A stretch of 64,000 bases of DNA, taken from assembly GCA_963764165.1 (NCBI GenBank), contig CAVXRD010000002.1, positions 2,432,001 through 2,496,000 on the forward strand, given 5' to 3'. The DNA comes from an uncultured Verrucomicrobiae bacterium (lineage in GTDB: Bacteria > Verrucomicrobiota > Verrucomicrobiia > Limisphaerales > Palsa-1400). This document shows, piece by piece, positions 19,014 through 29,821 of this stretch. The notes beneath the pieces are model-generated. The model had not been told where the DNA came from. It did not search any database and saw nothing but the letters and a program-made list of their open reading frames with translations. The position numbers and the translations under genes were made by a program. The first letter of the stretch is position 1, and each line of letters starts with the position of its first letter.

Positions 19014-22000
19014 TTAGCTGCCCGTTGCGGTCGGACGTTTCAACATTCCATTGGTTTCAATGAGTCCGCCTCCCTGCACGAGCCGGGTCATCTCGGCATC
19101 GATAACAATCCGGAGTTGCGGGCTGGTTACTTTGAATCCAAGCATTCTGGCCAGAGCGGGCGGGATTTCCTTCCGGCTCGCTCCGCGCGAGATGTCTATC
19201 ACCAAAAAAATGCCCGCCCGGATTTCCGCGGGCGCAATCATCTCGGGCTTCCGCAATTCGGCGGAGGAAACCAATTCGCGGTTGCGGACGGTGACTGTTT
19301 GATTGACGACGCCTAGGAAATTGTTTTCCTGAGCGCATTTATTCGTCATCACGAGCGACCGGATGCCACTGGCGACGGCGTCCTGCACGCGGGCTCCCGC
19401 CCGGCTTAAGCCCCAGAGAATCCTCACACGATTCGTCACTTCCTCCGCATGCACCGGCCCTTCGATTTCAATAATTTTGAAAATGATTTGGGCCATATCG
19501 TTTGCGGAAACCAAATGGGGATCGATATGGCTGGGCACGGGTATGACGGCTTCGCGATAAGCAACGGCGGCTTCTTGCAGCGCGGGGCTATCCGATGCCG
19601 GCGGGGTGTCGCGCTCAACCGCTTCGCCGACGTGCCCTGCTGTGCGTATTTCCGCCGCCGCAGGTTTCTCAATCGCCAATTCGGCGATGATTTCCTCGGC
19701 GCGCAGGGCCGCATCGGCGATTTTGCGCAATTGCTCGGCGGGCCGCTGAAACCAATCGGTGCTCCAGATGCGATGCATGATCCAGCCGTGATCCTCAAGC
19801 ACAGCCTGGCGCAGGCGGTCGCGATCCCGCGCGGAGCGGGACGAATGGTAGGACGCGCCATCGCACTCGATGCCAAGCACGTAGCGGCCCGGCGTTTTCT
19901 TGTCCACCAAGGCAAGGTCAATGAAAAATCCGGCGATGCCGACTTGTGTGTGAACCTCGTATCCAAGTGTTTGAGCGGCGCGGCGGACGGATTCCTCGAA
20001 TGGCGATTGTTCCTCAAGCCCCGAGGCCGCCGCGGTGGCCAGCCGCCCGGTTTGCGCGAACGCCAGATACGTCTTCAGCGCCGCGACGCCCCTTCCACCA
20101 GCGCGGGCGAGATCAATGTCATCCGCGGCAATAGACGAGAATATCTCGCAGCATTTCTTGGCGCGGGAAATAAGCACGTTGAGCCGCCGTTCGCCGCCTT
20201 CCGCGCCCAGCGGCCCGAAACGCATGGCAAGATAGCCGTGCGCATCGCGGCCGTATCCGACAGAAATGAAAATCACATCGCGCTCATCCCCCTGGACGTT
20301 TTCGAGATTCTTGACAAAGAATGGCTCGGTGGGATGCGCGGCAAAGAACGCTTCCGTGTCGGGATTTTCGCGCCGCAGCAATTCGAGTTCGTCGTGAATC
20401 GCCTGCCGCTGGCGCACGGAAAAAGCGGCCACTCCGAGTGAAAGCGCGGGATGATTTCTCGCATGATCGATGACGGCCCGTCCCACCGCGCGCGCTTCAA
20501 TTCGGTTGGCGCCCGTCGCGCCGCTGTCAAACACACCATCGGCGATGTGATGGAGTTTCAGGCCGAATTCCCCGGCGGCCGAATAGGGGCTGGGCACGAC
20601 GAACAGGCGGTCTTCGTAAAACTCGTGGTTCGACACGGCAATCAACGAATGATGACGGCTCCGGTAATGCCATCTCAGCATTTTCTCCGGCAAACCGCGC
20701 GCCCGGCAAAGTCCAAGGATGCTTTCGATATCCTGGGCTTGCGCAACGCCATGGGTGTCCTGCTCGTCAAGTTCATCGGGAGACTCGGTTGTCAGCCGGG
20801 TGAAGAATTGCGTTGGCGGAAGCTGCTTGCTGTCGCCGACCACGACAATTTGCTTGCACCGCGCCACCGCGCCCAGCGCATCCACCGGCTGAACCTGGCT
20901 GGCCTCGTCGATCACGAGCAAATCGAACTCGGCCGCCCCGGGCTCAAGAAACTGCGCGACCGAAAGCGGGCTCATCATAAAGACCGGTTTGATGGCTTGA
21001 ACAACCGCGCCGGCATCTCGCAGCAATTTTCGAACGGTGCGATGGCCGCGCTTTCTTTCCATCTCGGCTTTGACGATGCCGGCCGCGCCCACGCCTGTGT
21101 TCGGCGGCGGCATTCGTTCAAAATGCGCCAGGAGCGTCCGATACTTCGCGAGCGAAATCCTGTCAGTGTCCAGCCGCCGGAAGTCAGTGACATGCTGCTG
21201 GTGCAAGTCTCCGTCGAACTGGCCCAGCGCGGGCTTTTTCCTTACAATGTCGCGAAGAAGCTGGCCGAAATAAATCCGGTCAAAACACACCAACACGTCT
21301 TTTGTCCCGGCGCGTCCATCCTCGAGAAGCTCGACCAGGCTCGACATTCCCTTGGCGCGGGCGGCTTTGGCGCGGAGGAAATAATTGTTCCACGGACACA
21401 AACTGTCGGAATTCGCCAGCCACATCGCGAACCGCTCCGCCAGCGAATCAAACAGGACCGCCTCAACGGTGCTGGCTCCAAAGGCCGCACCGCAATCCAG
21501 GCAAAGTTCCTGGACCAGTCCGTTCAGCTTTTCAATGGCGGCCGCTTGTCGAGCCCGCAGTTCCGTGGTCAATGCCGCGATTTTGGCCTGGTCGGTTACG
21601 GTGGCAAACATCTCCCGGAATCCGCCGCCGAGGCCCGCCTCATTCTGGCGGCGAACCCAGTCAAGTATGGACTGCGCCTGCTTCCAATCCGTCGCTTCCT
21701 GCCGCCACTGGACGCCGAAGGCGGCGGCGCCGAGAGTCTCGCTGGCGCGGATTTTCCGGAGGCACTCCTGGGCCTCCACCAGCAGATCAATCAGCGCGAG
21801 ACGCTCGGGGAAGGCTTTGGGCAGCTCGCCCGTCACGACGCCGCGGAGATGGGCCATCGCCTTGCGGTACTCGCCGCTCAGGAATCGAAAAAGCGAACGG
21901 CCGTGGGCGGCAATTTGCAGGCGCGCCGGGGATGAATCCATCTCGAGCGCCTTGGGAATGACCTGGCTGCCCAGCCGTTCGCGGATGCCAATAAATTTTT

Positions 22001-23783
22001 TCCCGAGCGCGACGAGATCTTCAAGCCCGCCCATGCCCGCGTTCCAAACGCCGTTGCAGAGGGCGTGCTTGTCCAGTTTGGGAGCCTGCGCCACATAATC
22101 GCCGATGATTTGCTGCTCTTCAGTCTCGGCGAGGTTGACCGGGGCGGGTTGGCCCATTTCTGTAGCCAACTTCACGGAGATTCCGCGCAGAGCCTTCAAC
22201 GCGCGGTCAGCCTCGCGAATGCGATTCAGCAGCGGTTCAATGTCAATGTTTAGAATGGTTTCCCGCTGGACGCCGCGCCATGGATGCTTTACCGGCAAAC
22301 CGATTTGCTCAATGCGCTGGGCCAATTCCGTCACCAGCGCCCGATGCGTCGCACGGTGATCGTTGGTCCATTGCTCCAATCCTTCAAAGCTCAGACCGGC
22401 GGCTTGCAGTCCGCTTTTCTCCAGCGCCGCGCAGTGCCCGATCACTTGGAACGGAGTCAGGCCGCTGGCCTCGTGTTTCTCGTGAAGGGAATGGGCGTGG
22501 TCGTTCAGGACCGTTCGTTTGTCTTCCAGCTTTGAGACAAGCCCGTCGGGATGGAGCGGGCGCGGGCGGCCAAGTTTCCACGTTCGCCCAATTTCCTCGA
22601 TGACGACGCGCTTGTTTGATTTGTTGCTGTGCAGTTCCAGCGCCAGCGCCCCGAGGCCTTCGCGCTCAAGCCTTCGTTTGACAACCTCAAGCGCGGCCAG
22701 TTTTTCGGCGACGAACAAAACTCGTTTTCCCGCCAGCACCGCCGTGGCGATGATATTTGTGATGGACTGGCTTTTGCCTGTACCCGGCGGGCCTTGAATG
22801 ACCAGGCTCCGGCCCGCGCGAACCGCTTCGATGGCAAGCGTTTGTGTTCCGTCGGCATCAACGACGTGGTCGAGATGGGAAGCCGGAACGAGCTGATCAA
22901 TGTCCACGTCGTCCGCGAAGAGCGGTTCCGAACTCGGGAATCCATCTTGCAGAAGGCCGCTTACGAAGGGCTGCTTGAGCAGCATGTCCGGGTTGGGCCA
23001 GTTCCGGGCATCCAAGTCCCGATACATTAAAAACTTTGCGAACGAGAAAAATCCCAGCGTCATCTCGTTCTCTGAAACTTCCCAGTTCGGCGCTTTGGCG
23101 GCGGCCGCCCGCACCGCCGCAAAATAGTTTGACGGGTTGAGGCTCTCCTCGTCAGGGAAGGCGGGCAGGTCGACGTCAAAATCCTTTTTGAGCCGCGCGC
23201 GAAGCGACAAATTTTCTTCAATATCGTCGCCATTATATTTGACAAGAAATCGGTCCGTGGCGCTTTTTCGGCTCAGCGCCACCGGGATCAATAACAGCGG
23301 CGCGTAACGGGGGCTTCCCGCATCCGCCGCCTCGAACCATTTCAAATGCCCGAGGACGAGATAGAGAACATTGACACCCTGCTCCTCGATCATCGCCCGG
23401 GCGTCGTGATGCAAATCAAACAGCCGCCGCTGAAGGCCTTCGGGAGAAAGTGATGTCTGCAAGCGCGAATCAACATGCCGCCTGGCCAATCCCGTTTTGT
23501 CATCCTTCGCTTCATCCGGTTGAGGCAGGCCGGCTTCATCGGAATCCTCGTCTGTCCGTTTCGAGCTTGACTGCCGTGTTGAGCTTGAAGGGCGCCCGGG
23601 CGCGAAACTGAAGGACTTCTCCTCGGTTACGAGCAGCCGAAAAACCTCCGTGCTCAATTCGTCTCGGATTTGAATGATGCGGGCGGAAGGGGAATCGACA
23701 GGAATCGAGAGAAGGCGATTGCGCGTGGACAGGTCAAGAAGCTCGGTCCGGCTCTTGTTCAAAAGCTCTTCGGTGGTGAGCAT
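19014..23783 (-). CDS. DUF4011 - SF1 (UPF1-like) helicase - Vsr-like/PD-(D/E)xK nuclease - DUF3320 protein (Hhe-like putative anti-phage protein)
   Basis: LLDLSTRNRLL (DUF4011-type start), QGPPGTGKSQ, DEASQ, GDSKQLPP, HYRS, NVQGDERD, RRLNVLISRA, then IDLA...IECDG.SYHS...RDRDRLRQ..LE..GW...RIWSTDW. Confidence 0.85.
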   Translation of the reverse strand: MLTTEELLNKSRTELLDLSTRNRLLSIPVDSPSARIIQIRDELSTEVFRLLVTEEKSFSFAPGRPSSSTRQSSSKRTDEDSDEAGLPQPDEAKDDKTGLARRHVDSRLQTSLSPEGLQRRLFDLHHDARAMIEEQGVNVLYLVLGHLKWFEAADAGSPRYAPLLLIPVALSRKSATDRFLVKYNGDDIEENLSLRARLKKDFDVDLPAFPDEESLNPSNYFAAVRAAAAKAPNWEVSENEMTLGFFSFAKFLMYRDLDARNWPNPDMLLKQPFVSGLLQDGFPSSEPLFADDVDIDQLVPASHLDHVVDADGTQTLAIEAVRAGRSLVIQGPPGTGKSQSITNIIATAVLAGKRVLFVAEKLAALEVVKRRLEREGLGALALELHSNKSNKRVVIEEIGRTWKLGRPRPLHPDGLVSKLEDKRTVLNDHAHSLHEKHEASGLTPFQVIGHCAALEKSGLQAAGLSFEGLEQWTNDHRATHRALVTELAQRIEQIGLPVKHPWRGVQRETILNIDIEPLLNRIREADRALKALRGISVKLATEMGQPAPVNLAETEEQQIIGDYVAQAPKLDKHALCNGVWNAGMGGLEDLVALGKKFIGIRERLGSQVIPKALEMDSSPARLQIAAHGRSLFRFLSGEYRKAMAHLRGVVTGELPKAFPERLALIDLLVEAQECLRKIRASETLGAAAFGVQWRQEATDWKQAQSILDWVRRQNEAGLGGGFREMFATVTDQAKIAALTTELRARQAAAIEKLNGLVQELCLDCGAAFGASTVEAVLFDSLAERFAMWLANSDSLCPWNNYFLRAKAARAKGMSSLVELLEDGRAGTKDVLVCFDRIYFGQLLRDIVRKKPALGQFDGDLHQQHVTDFRRLDTDRISLAKYRTLLAHFERMPPPNTGVGAAGIVKAEMERKRGHRTVRKLLRDAGAVVQAIKPVFMMSPLSVAQFLEPGAAEFDLLVIDEASQVQPVDALGAVARCKQIVVVGDSKQLPPTQFFTRLTTESPDELDEQDTHGVAQAQDIESILGLCRARGLPEKMLRWHYRSRHHSLIAVSNHEFYEDRLFVVPSPYSAAGEFGLKLHHIADGVFDSGATGANRIEARAVGRAVIDHARNHPALSLGVAAFSVRQRQAIHDELELLRRENPDTEAFFAAHPTEPFFVKNLENVQGDERDVIFISVGYGRDAHGYLAMRFGPLGAEGGERRLNVLISRAKKCCEIFSSIAADDIDLARAGGRGVAALKTYLAFAQTGRLATAAASGLEEQSPFEESVRRAAQTLGYEVHTQVGIAGFFIDLALVDKKTPGRYVLGIECDGASYHSSRSARDRDRLRQAVLEDHGWIMHRIWSTDWFQRPAEQLRKIADAALRAEEIIAELAIEKPAAAEIRTAGHVGEAVERDTPPASDSPALQEAAVAYREAVIPVPSHIDPHLVSANDMAQIIFKIIEIEGPVHAEEVTNRVRILWGLSRAGARVQDAVASGIRSLVMTNKCAQENNFLGVVNQTVTVRNRELVSSAELRKPEMIAPAEIRAGIFLVIDISRGASRKEIPPALARMLGFKVTSPQLRIVIDAEMTRLVQGGGLIETNGMLKRPTATGS

Positions 23784-24094
23784 ATGGCCATTGGTCTCGC
23801 GCCGCGCAGTATACCGATCAAGCCGCCGACATCAACCCAGACCTTTGAAATTAAACAGAAGGAAAGTCGAGAGAACAGGGAAAGATGCGCAAACGAAGGA
23901 GGGCAGGTGTGAGGCAAAATTCTTCATCCCGCGTTGTCTTCCAGCGCCTACGGCGCTTCGGTGATCCTGGATTTTCCCGCGCGCCTGGCAATTCTTCCCG
24001 CGCCTGTCCATTTCCTGGATACTCTGACGGGGGAAACAATGCTCAATGAAGAATTTTTCTCACACTCCGGGCGGCCATGCCCCTCACATTCCAA

Positions 24095-24124
24095 TTGACA
24101 AATGTTGTGCAGAAGGAATAACAT
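24095..24124 (+). promoter_or_regulatory. Sigma70-type promoter, probably giving a leaderless mRNA
   Basis: TTGACA (24095-24100), 18-nt spacer, TAACAT (24119-24124), then 6 nt to ATG 24131. Confidence 0.55.
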
Positions 24125-24130
24125 CCGCCC

Positions 24131-25003
24131 ATGGCAGCACTGGCCTCCGTTCCATTTTATCGCAAAAACCGCGGCTTTACCTTGATTGAGCTCTTGGTGG
24201 TCATCGCCATCATCGCCATTCTCGCCGCTTTGCTCCTGCCGTCTCTAGCCCACGCGAAGACCCAGGCGCAGGGCGTTGGCTGCATGAACAATTCCAAGCA
24301 ACTTACCCTGGCGTGGCGGCTTTATACGGACGACAACCGGCAAATACTGCCTTTTGGGTATTCTGCGACCGCTTTCCCGACCGAAGTTTGGTCCGGGCCG
24401 TCCGGGGCACCCTTGGACGAAAGCGAAAATTTAACCGACACGGGAAATTGGGATCCGATCGACACCATCGAGAAAGGCTGCATCTGGCCGTATTGCGCGA
24501 AATCGTTGGGAATTTGGCGTTGCCCAGCCGACACTTCGATCGGCCAAAACCCGCAGGGGCAGAAGGTGCCGAGGCCTCGCAGTTACTCGATGTGCAACTG
24601 GGTTGGCGGCGATGGTGATTCCCCTAGCGACGGCTACAAAAATGGCTGGGGTGCCGCCGTGCCATTCACTGTAGTCCGCAAGATGAGCGATTTCATAACG
24701 CCGGCACAGACATTTGTGCTGCTGGATGAGCAGGAACGATCGATGAATGACGGCTTTTTTTGCGTGCAGATTACGGACTGGACAGATACTCCGAACAGCA
24801 GCGAGGAAATTTACGATTACCCGGCGTCAAGGCACAATAACGCTTGCGGCTTTGCTTTTGCGGACGGTCATTCGGAAAACCATCAGTGGAAAGAATCCAA
24901 GATTCTTACCCCCCCGACTCCTATCGCCTCCCAGGCAGTTCCCAACAGCAAAGACTTCTTCTGGCTGCAATTGCACACGACGGTGACGCCCGTAAAGCTC
25001 TAA
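24131..25003 (+). CDS. Prepilin-type N-terminal methylation protein with H-X9-DG motif (DUF1559-like)
   Basis: [29 protein letters not shown]....CMNN.KQL; C-terminal [14 protein letters not shown]. Confidence 0.9.
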   Translation: MAALASVPFYRKNRGFTLIELLVVIAIIAILAALLLPSLAHAKTQAQGVGCMNNSKQLTLAWRLYTDDNRQILPFGYSATAFPTEVWSGPSGAPLDESENLTDTGNWDPIDTIEKGCIWPYCAKSLGIWRCPADTSIGQNPQGQKVPRPRSYSMCNWVGGDGDSPSDGYKNGWGAAVPFTVVRKMSDFITPAQTFVLLDEQERSMNDGFFCVQITDWTDTPNSSEEIYDYPASRHNNACGFAFADGHSENHQWKESKILTPPTPIASQAVPNSKDFFWLQLHTTVTPVKL

Positions 25004-25047
25004 GTCGCGAAGCGCGGTAGCGCGTCGATAGGCGTCCCTCAGACACG

Positions 25048-26769
25048 CTACATCGGCTCTCCAGACACATCAAATCTTTCAAAGACCCCACCGAGCATTC
25101 GGATGGCAAACCCAATTTCCACCGCCAGCGCCAGCGCGGCCGCCAATGCTCCGGCGACTATTCCAATGGCCGTGAAGCCGAGCGTTTTTGCTCCGAAAAG
25201 GAATCCGCAAAAAAGGGCCGCTGGCAAAATAATCCCCAGCACGAGGGCGAATATCTGGCCGATCATTAGCACAAGCCGCTGGCCCATCGTTTCAAATCCG
25301 CGCGGCGCGTCCCTGCCCGTTTGAATCCAGGCGGGAAAGAAAAGCACGAAGGCGTTTGGCGTCACAATCGCCAGCAGATCGATGAACGGCAGCACCATCG
25401 CCGCTCCCAGTGTGATGCCTAGTCGGAGCGACATCGGGATGACGTGCCCCTCAACTTCACCAGGGCAGAAAACAAGCGCATAGGCCAGCAGAGCCCATTG
25501 CACCGAAGCCAGCATCGCGGCGGGAGCGAGCACCTCCCCAAGGACAATCTGCCAGCCGGGCATCGGCAGCAATTTGAGGACGTCGGAGGATTTTAAGTCC
25601 TGCCGAAAATCGCATCGGAGCAATTGCGGCCCGGAGAAGAGCGTCAGCGAAAGAACGACCCCGAGAAGCTGGAAGATGAACGGTCCCATGCCGCCGCTGT
25701 CGGCAAAGACCGTCTTCATCACCACGCCGCCAACCACCGCAATTCCTAATAGAAACAGCCAGAGGCGAAATGTCACATACTGCCCGGCGCTGATGAGGTT
25801 TTTCCAGAATATGGCCACCGACGGATGACCGAGCGGGCGCAGCGCAAACGGCGCGCGGGCCGCCTTTTTCAATGCGCGAACCGGGCCGCCCTGGGCCGCG
25901 CGGGCTTCCCGGTGTTCCGCCACCCGCCGCGCTTGTTCGATGCTGCCTTCTTCAAAGGCGTAATCGGCGCGCATCACCCAGACGTAATGGAGAAACCAAA
26001 TCGCCGCCGCCGGCCCCAGCGCAATGAAGAATTGCGCGAAAGTCGTGGAGAAATACGGCGCGATGATCAATCGAAACGGGGCCAGCAAATATGGCAGCGG
26101 GCCGGCGTTCATCACCTGGCCAAGGTAATCCTGGAACCATTTGCCTGCGTTCCCCTTCATGTCCGCTGGAGGAAGGGGCATCGTGTATTTGGCCCACAAA
26201 AATATCACCGCCACCACCACCGCCAGAATTCCAAAAATCACCAGCCGCCGTTTCTTCGGCGTCATCCCGCGATCCATCAGCATGCCGATGGTGACCGAGC
26301 TTGCGTTGGTGTGCATGCTTAACACCGAGATTCCCACAAACCACCCCAGCGTTCGCGTAATGAAATGCCCGCTCGTCGCGCCATGCCGCACCAGGGTCAC
26401 GAACAGCGCGCCAAAAAGCATCGTTACCTGCGAGCCGAATAATTTGAAGCGAATCAACTGCTTGCGCGTAAAGGGCGCGGGAAAAAGCAGGGCAATTTCC
26501 GCCTCGGAGAAACCGAGTCCGCTTCGCTTCTGTGGCAGCAGCCACGACAACAGCACAACGATCAACAGGGCGAACGCCGAAAGCGTTTCCGTCAGGGCCG
26601 TCGGGGCGTTCGCCTTGCGAATCGCCAGAAAATAGCCGACGTAGAAATAAAAATACGCCCCGCCTGCGATGGCGCCTATCATGTATTTAGGCTGGCGCAG
26701 GCGGCGGAGGCGGAAGGCAAGCCGGTTGCGCCACGATTGATACTGGTAATACCAGAGCGCGTTGAACAT
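25048..26769 (-). CDS. Putative ABC exporter permease
   Basis: Many TM segments, FSEAEIALLFPAPFTRKQLIRFKL motif; start overlaps the stop of the ATPase gene. Confidence 0.8.
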   Translation of the reverse strand: MFNALWYYQYQSWRNRLAFRLRRLRQPKYMIGAIAGGAYFYFYVGYFLAIRKANAPTALTETLSAFALLIVVLLSWLLPQKRSGLGFSEAEIALLFPAPFTRKQLIRFKLFGSQVTMLFGALFVTLVRHGATSGHFITRTLGWFVGISVLSMHTNASSVTIGMLMDRGMTPKKRRLVIFGILAVVVAVIFLWAKYTMPLPPADMKGNAGKWFQDYLGQVMNAGPLPYLLAPFRLIIAPYFSTTFAQFFIALGPAAAIWFLHYVWVMRADYAFEEGSIEQARRVAEHREARAAQGGPVRALKKAARAPFALRPLGHPSVAIFWKNLISAGQYVTFRLWLFLLGIAVVGGVVMKTVFADSGGMGPFIFQLLGVVLSLTLFSGPQLLRCDFRQDLKSSDVLKLLPMPGWQIVLGEVLAPAAMLASVQWALLAYALVFCPGEVEGHVIPMSLRLGITLGAAMVLPFIDLLAIVTPNAFVLFFPAWIQTGRDAPRGFETMGQRLVLMIGQIFALVLGIILPAALFCGFLFGAKTLGFTAIGIVAGALAAALALAVEIGFAIRMLGGVFERFDVSGEPM

Positions 26770-27557
26770 TACCGCAGATCCTTTTCGTCGGCGGTGGCGC
26801 GGAAGAAGGCTTCCTCGAGATTTCCGCCGCCGCTTTCCTTTGAAAACCGCTCGCGCACTTCGGCCAGCGTTCCGTCAATAATTTTATTGCCCTTCTTCAG
26901 AATCAAAACGTGCGAGCAAATCTCCTCCAGCAAATGCAGCAGGTGCGAACTGATCAAGATGGCCGCGCCGTCTCGCGCCCGCTTCAAGATGGAATCCTTC
27001 ATGCGCCGAATGCCGATGGGATCCAGCCCGGTCAGCGGCTCATCGAAGAAAATAACCTTGGGCGAGTGAATGAATCCGCAGGCGATGGCCAGCTTTTGTT
27101 TCATGCCGCGCGAAAGCTCGTTCGGCAATTTGTCCGCCTTGTCGGCGATCTCCAGTTCTTCCAGCAAAGGCCGGGCCATGGATTCAAAATCCGCCACTCC
27201 GTAGACGCGGGCCATGAAATTCAAATGCTGCATCACTGTCAAGTAATCGAACAGCTTGGGCTCGTCCGAGAAAAACGCCAGCAGCCGCTTTGCTTCGACA
27301 GGTTGTTTGGCGACGTCGAAACCGCAGATGCGCACGACGCCGCGAGTCGAAGGGATGATGCCGGCCAGGCAGCGAAGGGTGGAAGTTTTGCCCGCGCCAT
27401 TGGGCCCCACCAGCCCGATCACTTCACCGGGGCGCACGGAAAAGGAGAGATCGTTCACCGCCGTGAAGTCACCATAAACCTTGGTCAGATTGGAGACTTC
27501 GATTTGGGGTGGAACGACGGCAGCGGCAGGGAGCGGCGGTGGCGGCGCGATTTCCAT
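26769..27557 (-). CDS. ABC transporter ATP-binding protein
   Basis: GPNGAGKT, LSRGMKQK, FFDEPLTGLDP, SSHLL; start MEIAPPP supported by TGC-TATTGT 7 nt upstream. Confidence 0.93.
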   Translation of the reverse strand: MEIAPPPPLPAAAVVPPQIEVSNLTKVYGDFTAVNDLSFSVRPGEVIGLVGPNGAGKTSTLRCLAGIIPSTRGVVRICGFDVAKQPVEAKRLLAFFSDEPKLFDYLTVMQHLNFMARVYGVADFESMARPLLEELEIADKADKLPNELSRGMKQKLAIACGFIHSPKVIFFDEPLTGLDPIGIRRMKDSILKRARDGAAILISSHLLHLLEEICSHVLILKKGNKIIDGTLAEVRERFSKESGGGNLEEAFFRATADEKDLR

Positions 27558-27668
27558 GCCCCGCACAATAGCAGTGTCAGCAGAACGGACAAGCCTGAAA
27601 GGTGGGAACGCCACACCGGAGTGCAGAACAAAATTGTTGGGATTTTGGGAGATTTGTCCGGAAGCGTG

Positions 27669-27750
27669 TTAACAGAAGGAAACGAAGCGAAGGAAGGGGT
27701 AACGAATGAGTGCCTGCCCTTCTTCGTAACCTTCGTTTCCTTCTGTTCAA
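27669..27750. repeat. Intergenic inverted repeat (AACAGAAGG family)
   Basis: AACAGAAGGAAACGAAG at 27671-27687 and its exact reverse complement at 27731-27747; related sequences near 23853 and 35881-36014. Confidence 0.7.
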
Positions 27751-27808
27751 TATTTCTGCCGTTCTAAACCTGCTTGCGGCGGAGTCAAAAGAATGGCTCA
27801 ATAAACGC

Positions 27809-29191
27809 GTGAATTCTGAAGAATTTTTGCTGCGCGCGCCTCGCGTCGTGCCGCCGCTTGAGCCGGGATTTCGCCCGGCCGCGCTCGCCTGCCGGGCCTT
27901 CGCTGCCGCGGCCACGGTGCCGGTCGATATCGCTGTCGAACAGGCGGATGGTTCCGTGTTTCATTTTCCAAAAAAGATTCTCGCCGCCGATCATCCCGCC
28001 GCCGCCGGCAATTTTGTTTACCTCGAGAGGCTGATCAAATTCCTGCTCTGGTCGCGCGGCGGATTTCGCGTCTATTTCAACGGGCCGGCGGAACTTGGCT
28101 CGCAGCTCGACCGGTATTACAAGGAAACGGCCACCGGGAAATTTGATGCGAACATCATGGGCGACCGCATTTACGAGCGCCCGTTTGAAGTCGTCACCAC
28201 GGCGAATATCCCGCCGGCCCACGCCACCACCACGCCGCAGGGCCGTCATTGGGAGGGCTGCCGCATCGGCTTCGACCTCGGCGCCAGCGACCGCAAGGCC
28301 GCCGCCGTCAAAGATGGCCAGACGATTTTTTCCGAGGAAGTGGTGTGGGATCCGGTTCCCCAAAAAGATCCGCAATGGCACTTCGACCAGATCATGGATT
28401 CGCTCAAGCGCGCGGCGGCCCACCTTCCCCGCGTCGACGCCATCGGCGGAAGCTCGGCGGGCGTGTATGTCAATAATCGCGTGCGGGTGGCCTCGCTTTT
28501 CCGGGGCGTGCCGGCGGAATTGTTCAACACGCGTGTCAATACTCTTTTCTTTGAATTGAAGAAGGCTTGGGGCGGAATTCCGTTTGAAGTCGTCAATGAC
28601 GGCGAAGTCACCGCGCTGGCTGGCTCGATGACGCTGGGCAAGAATTCCGTGCTCGGCATCGCGATGGGTTCCAGCCTCGCGGCCGGATTCGTCACGCCGG
28701 AGGGCAACATCACCTCGTGGCTCAACGAGCTGGCGTTTGTGCCGGTCGATTACGCGCCCGGCGCCGCGGTGGATGAATGGTCAGGCGACCGCGGGTGCGG
28801 CGCGCTCTACTTCTCGCAGCAGTGTTTGGGGCGGTTTCTTCCGGCGGCGGGAATCGAAGCGCCGCCCGGCCTGGGATTGCCGGAGAAATTGAAGCACGTC
28901 CAAAAATTGATGGAGCAGGGCGATGCGCGGGCGGAGAAAATTTATCAGACCATCGGCGTTTGTTTTGGCTATGCGGTCGCGCACTTCGCGGAATTTTACG
29001 ATTGCGAACACGTTCTAGTGCTCGGCCGCGTCACGACGGGCCGGGGCGGCGACGTGATTCTGGAGCAGGCGCGGCACGTGTTGAGCGTTGAATTTCCCGA
29101 ACTCGCCGGGCGCATCGCCTTTCATGTGCCTGATGAAAAAGACAAGCGCCACGGGCAGGCGGTCGCCGCCGCCAGCCTGCCGGCATTGTAA
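27809..29191 (+). CDS. ROK family protein (sugar kinase/regulator-like) with N-terminal extension
   Basis: IGFDLGASD, IGGSSAG, VVNDGEVTALAG, GIAMGSSLAAG, NELAF; GTG start at 27809 is inferred. Confidence 0.82.
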   Translation: MNSEEFLLRAPRVVPPLEPGFRPAALACRAFAAAATVPVDIAVEQADGSVFHFPKKILAADHPAAAGNFVYLERLIKFLLWSRGGFRVYFNGPAELGSQLDRYYKETATGKFDANIMGDRIYERPFEVVTTANIPPAHATTTPQGRHWEGCRIGFDLGASDRKAAAVKDGQTIFSEEVVWDPVPQKDPQWHFDQIMDSLKRAAAHLPRVDAIGGSSAGVYVNNRVRVASLFRGVPAELFNTRVNTLFFELKKAWGGIPFEVVNDGEVTALAGSMTLGKNSVLGIAMGSSLAAGFVTPEGNITSWLNELAFVPVDYAPGAAVDEWSGDRGCGALYFSQQCLGRFLPAAGIEAPPGLGLPEKLKHVQKLMEQGDARAEKIYQTIGVCFGYAVAHFAEFYDCEHVLVLGRVTTGRGGDVILEQARHVLSVEFPELAGRIAFHVPDEKDKRHGQAVAAASLPAL

Positions 29192-29236
29192 AATATAAAA
29201 CATAAGCCAAACAAACATCCAACCAGGCCAAATCCT

Positions 29237-29773
29237 ATGATGAAACAATGTTTCGCTGTTCTCCTGCTCTGTGCCGCCGCCGCCTTCAACGCCGCGGCGG
29301 ACGAAAAGCCAGCGCTCAATCCCCATCTTGCGATGCTCGAGCCGCTGCTGGGGAAAACGTGGAAGGGAGCTTTCGCAAATTCCAAACCCGAAAAGCCGGT
29401 GGTGGATGTCATTCGTTGGGAGCGCGCGCTCAACGGGCAAGCCGTGCGCACGTTGCATTCCATCAATGACGGCGTTTACGGCGGCGAAACGATGTTTGTC
29501 TGGGTCGAGAAAAAGCAGGCGGTCACTTATTACTATTTTACCACGGAAGGCTTCATGACCACCGGAACGATCGAGTCCAAGGACGGCCATTTCATCACCA
29601 GCGAAAAGGTCATCGGCGATGCCGATGGCATCACCGAAGTCCGCAGCACGAGCGAGATTTCGCCGGACGGAAAATTCCACGTCCTGGCCGAGTATTGCAA
29701 AAAGGGCAAGTGGGTGCTCGGGCATGAAGTGACCTACTCGGTGGATTCGTCGGCCACGGTGGTCTTTAGGTAA
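29237..29773 (+). CDS. Exported hypothetical protein
   Basis: Signal peptide MMKQCFAVLLLCAAAAFNAAA-D; beta-rich mature part; same strand as both neighbours. Confidence 0.7.
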   Translation: MMKQCFAVLLLCAAAAFNAAADEKPALNPHLAMLEPLLGKTWKGAFANSKPEKPVVDVIRWERALNGQAVRTLHSINDGVYGGETMFVWVEKKQAVTYYYFTTEGFMTTGTIESKDGHFITSEKVIGDADGITEVRSTSEISPDGKFHVLAEYCKKGKWVLGHEVTYSVDSSATVVFR

Positions 29774-29778
29774 ACCTT

Positions 29779-29808
29779 GGCAGGGCGAGACTCCGTCGAG
29801 CCCTGCCA
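29779..29808. repeat. REP-like hairpin
   Basis: TGGCAGGGC-GAGACTCCGTCGA-GCCCTGCCA inverted repeat in a short intergenic gap. Confidence 0.5.
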
Positions 29809-29821
29809 CTAAATAGATTTT

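Noticed and set aside
20451..21935. 494-aa + strand ORF and similar long opposite-strand ORFs (e.g. 15046-16230, 380-1402, 8536-9444)
   Set aside because: Antisense to well-supported genes in GC-rich DNA, with no motifs of their own.
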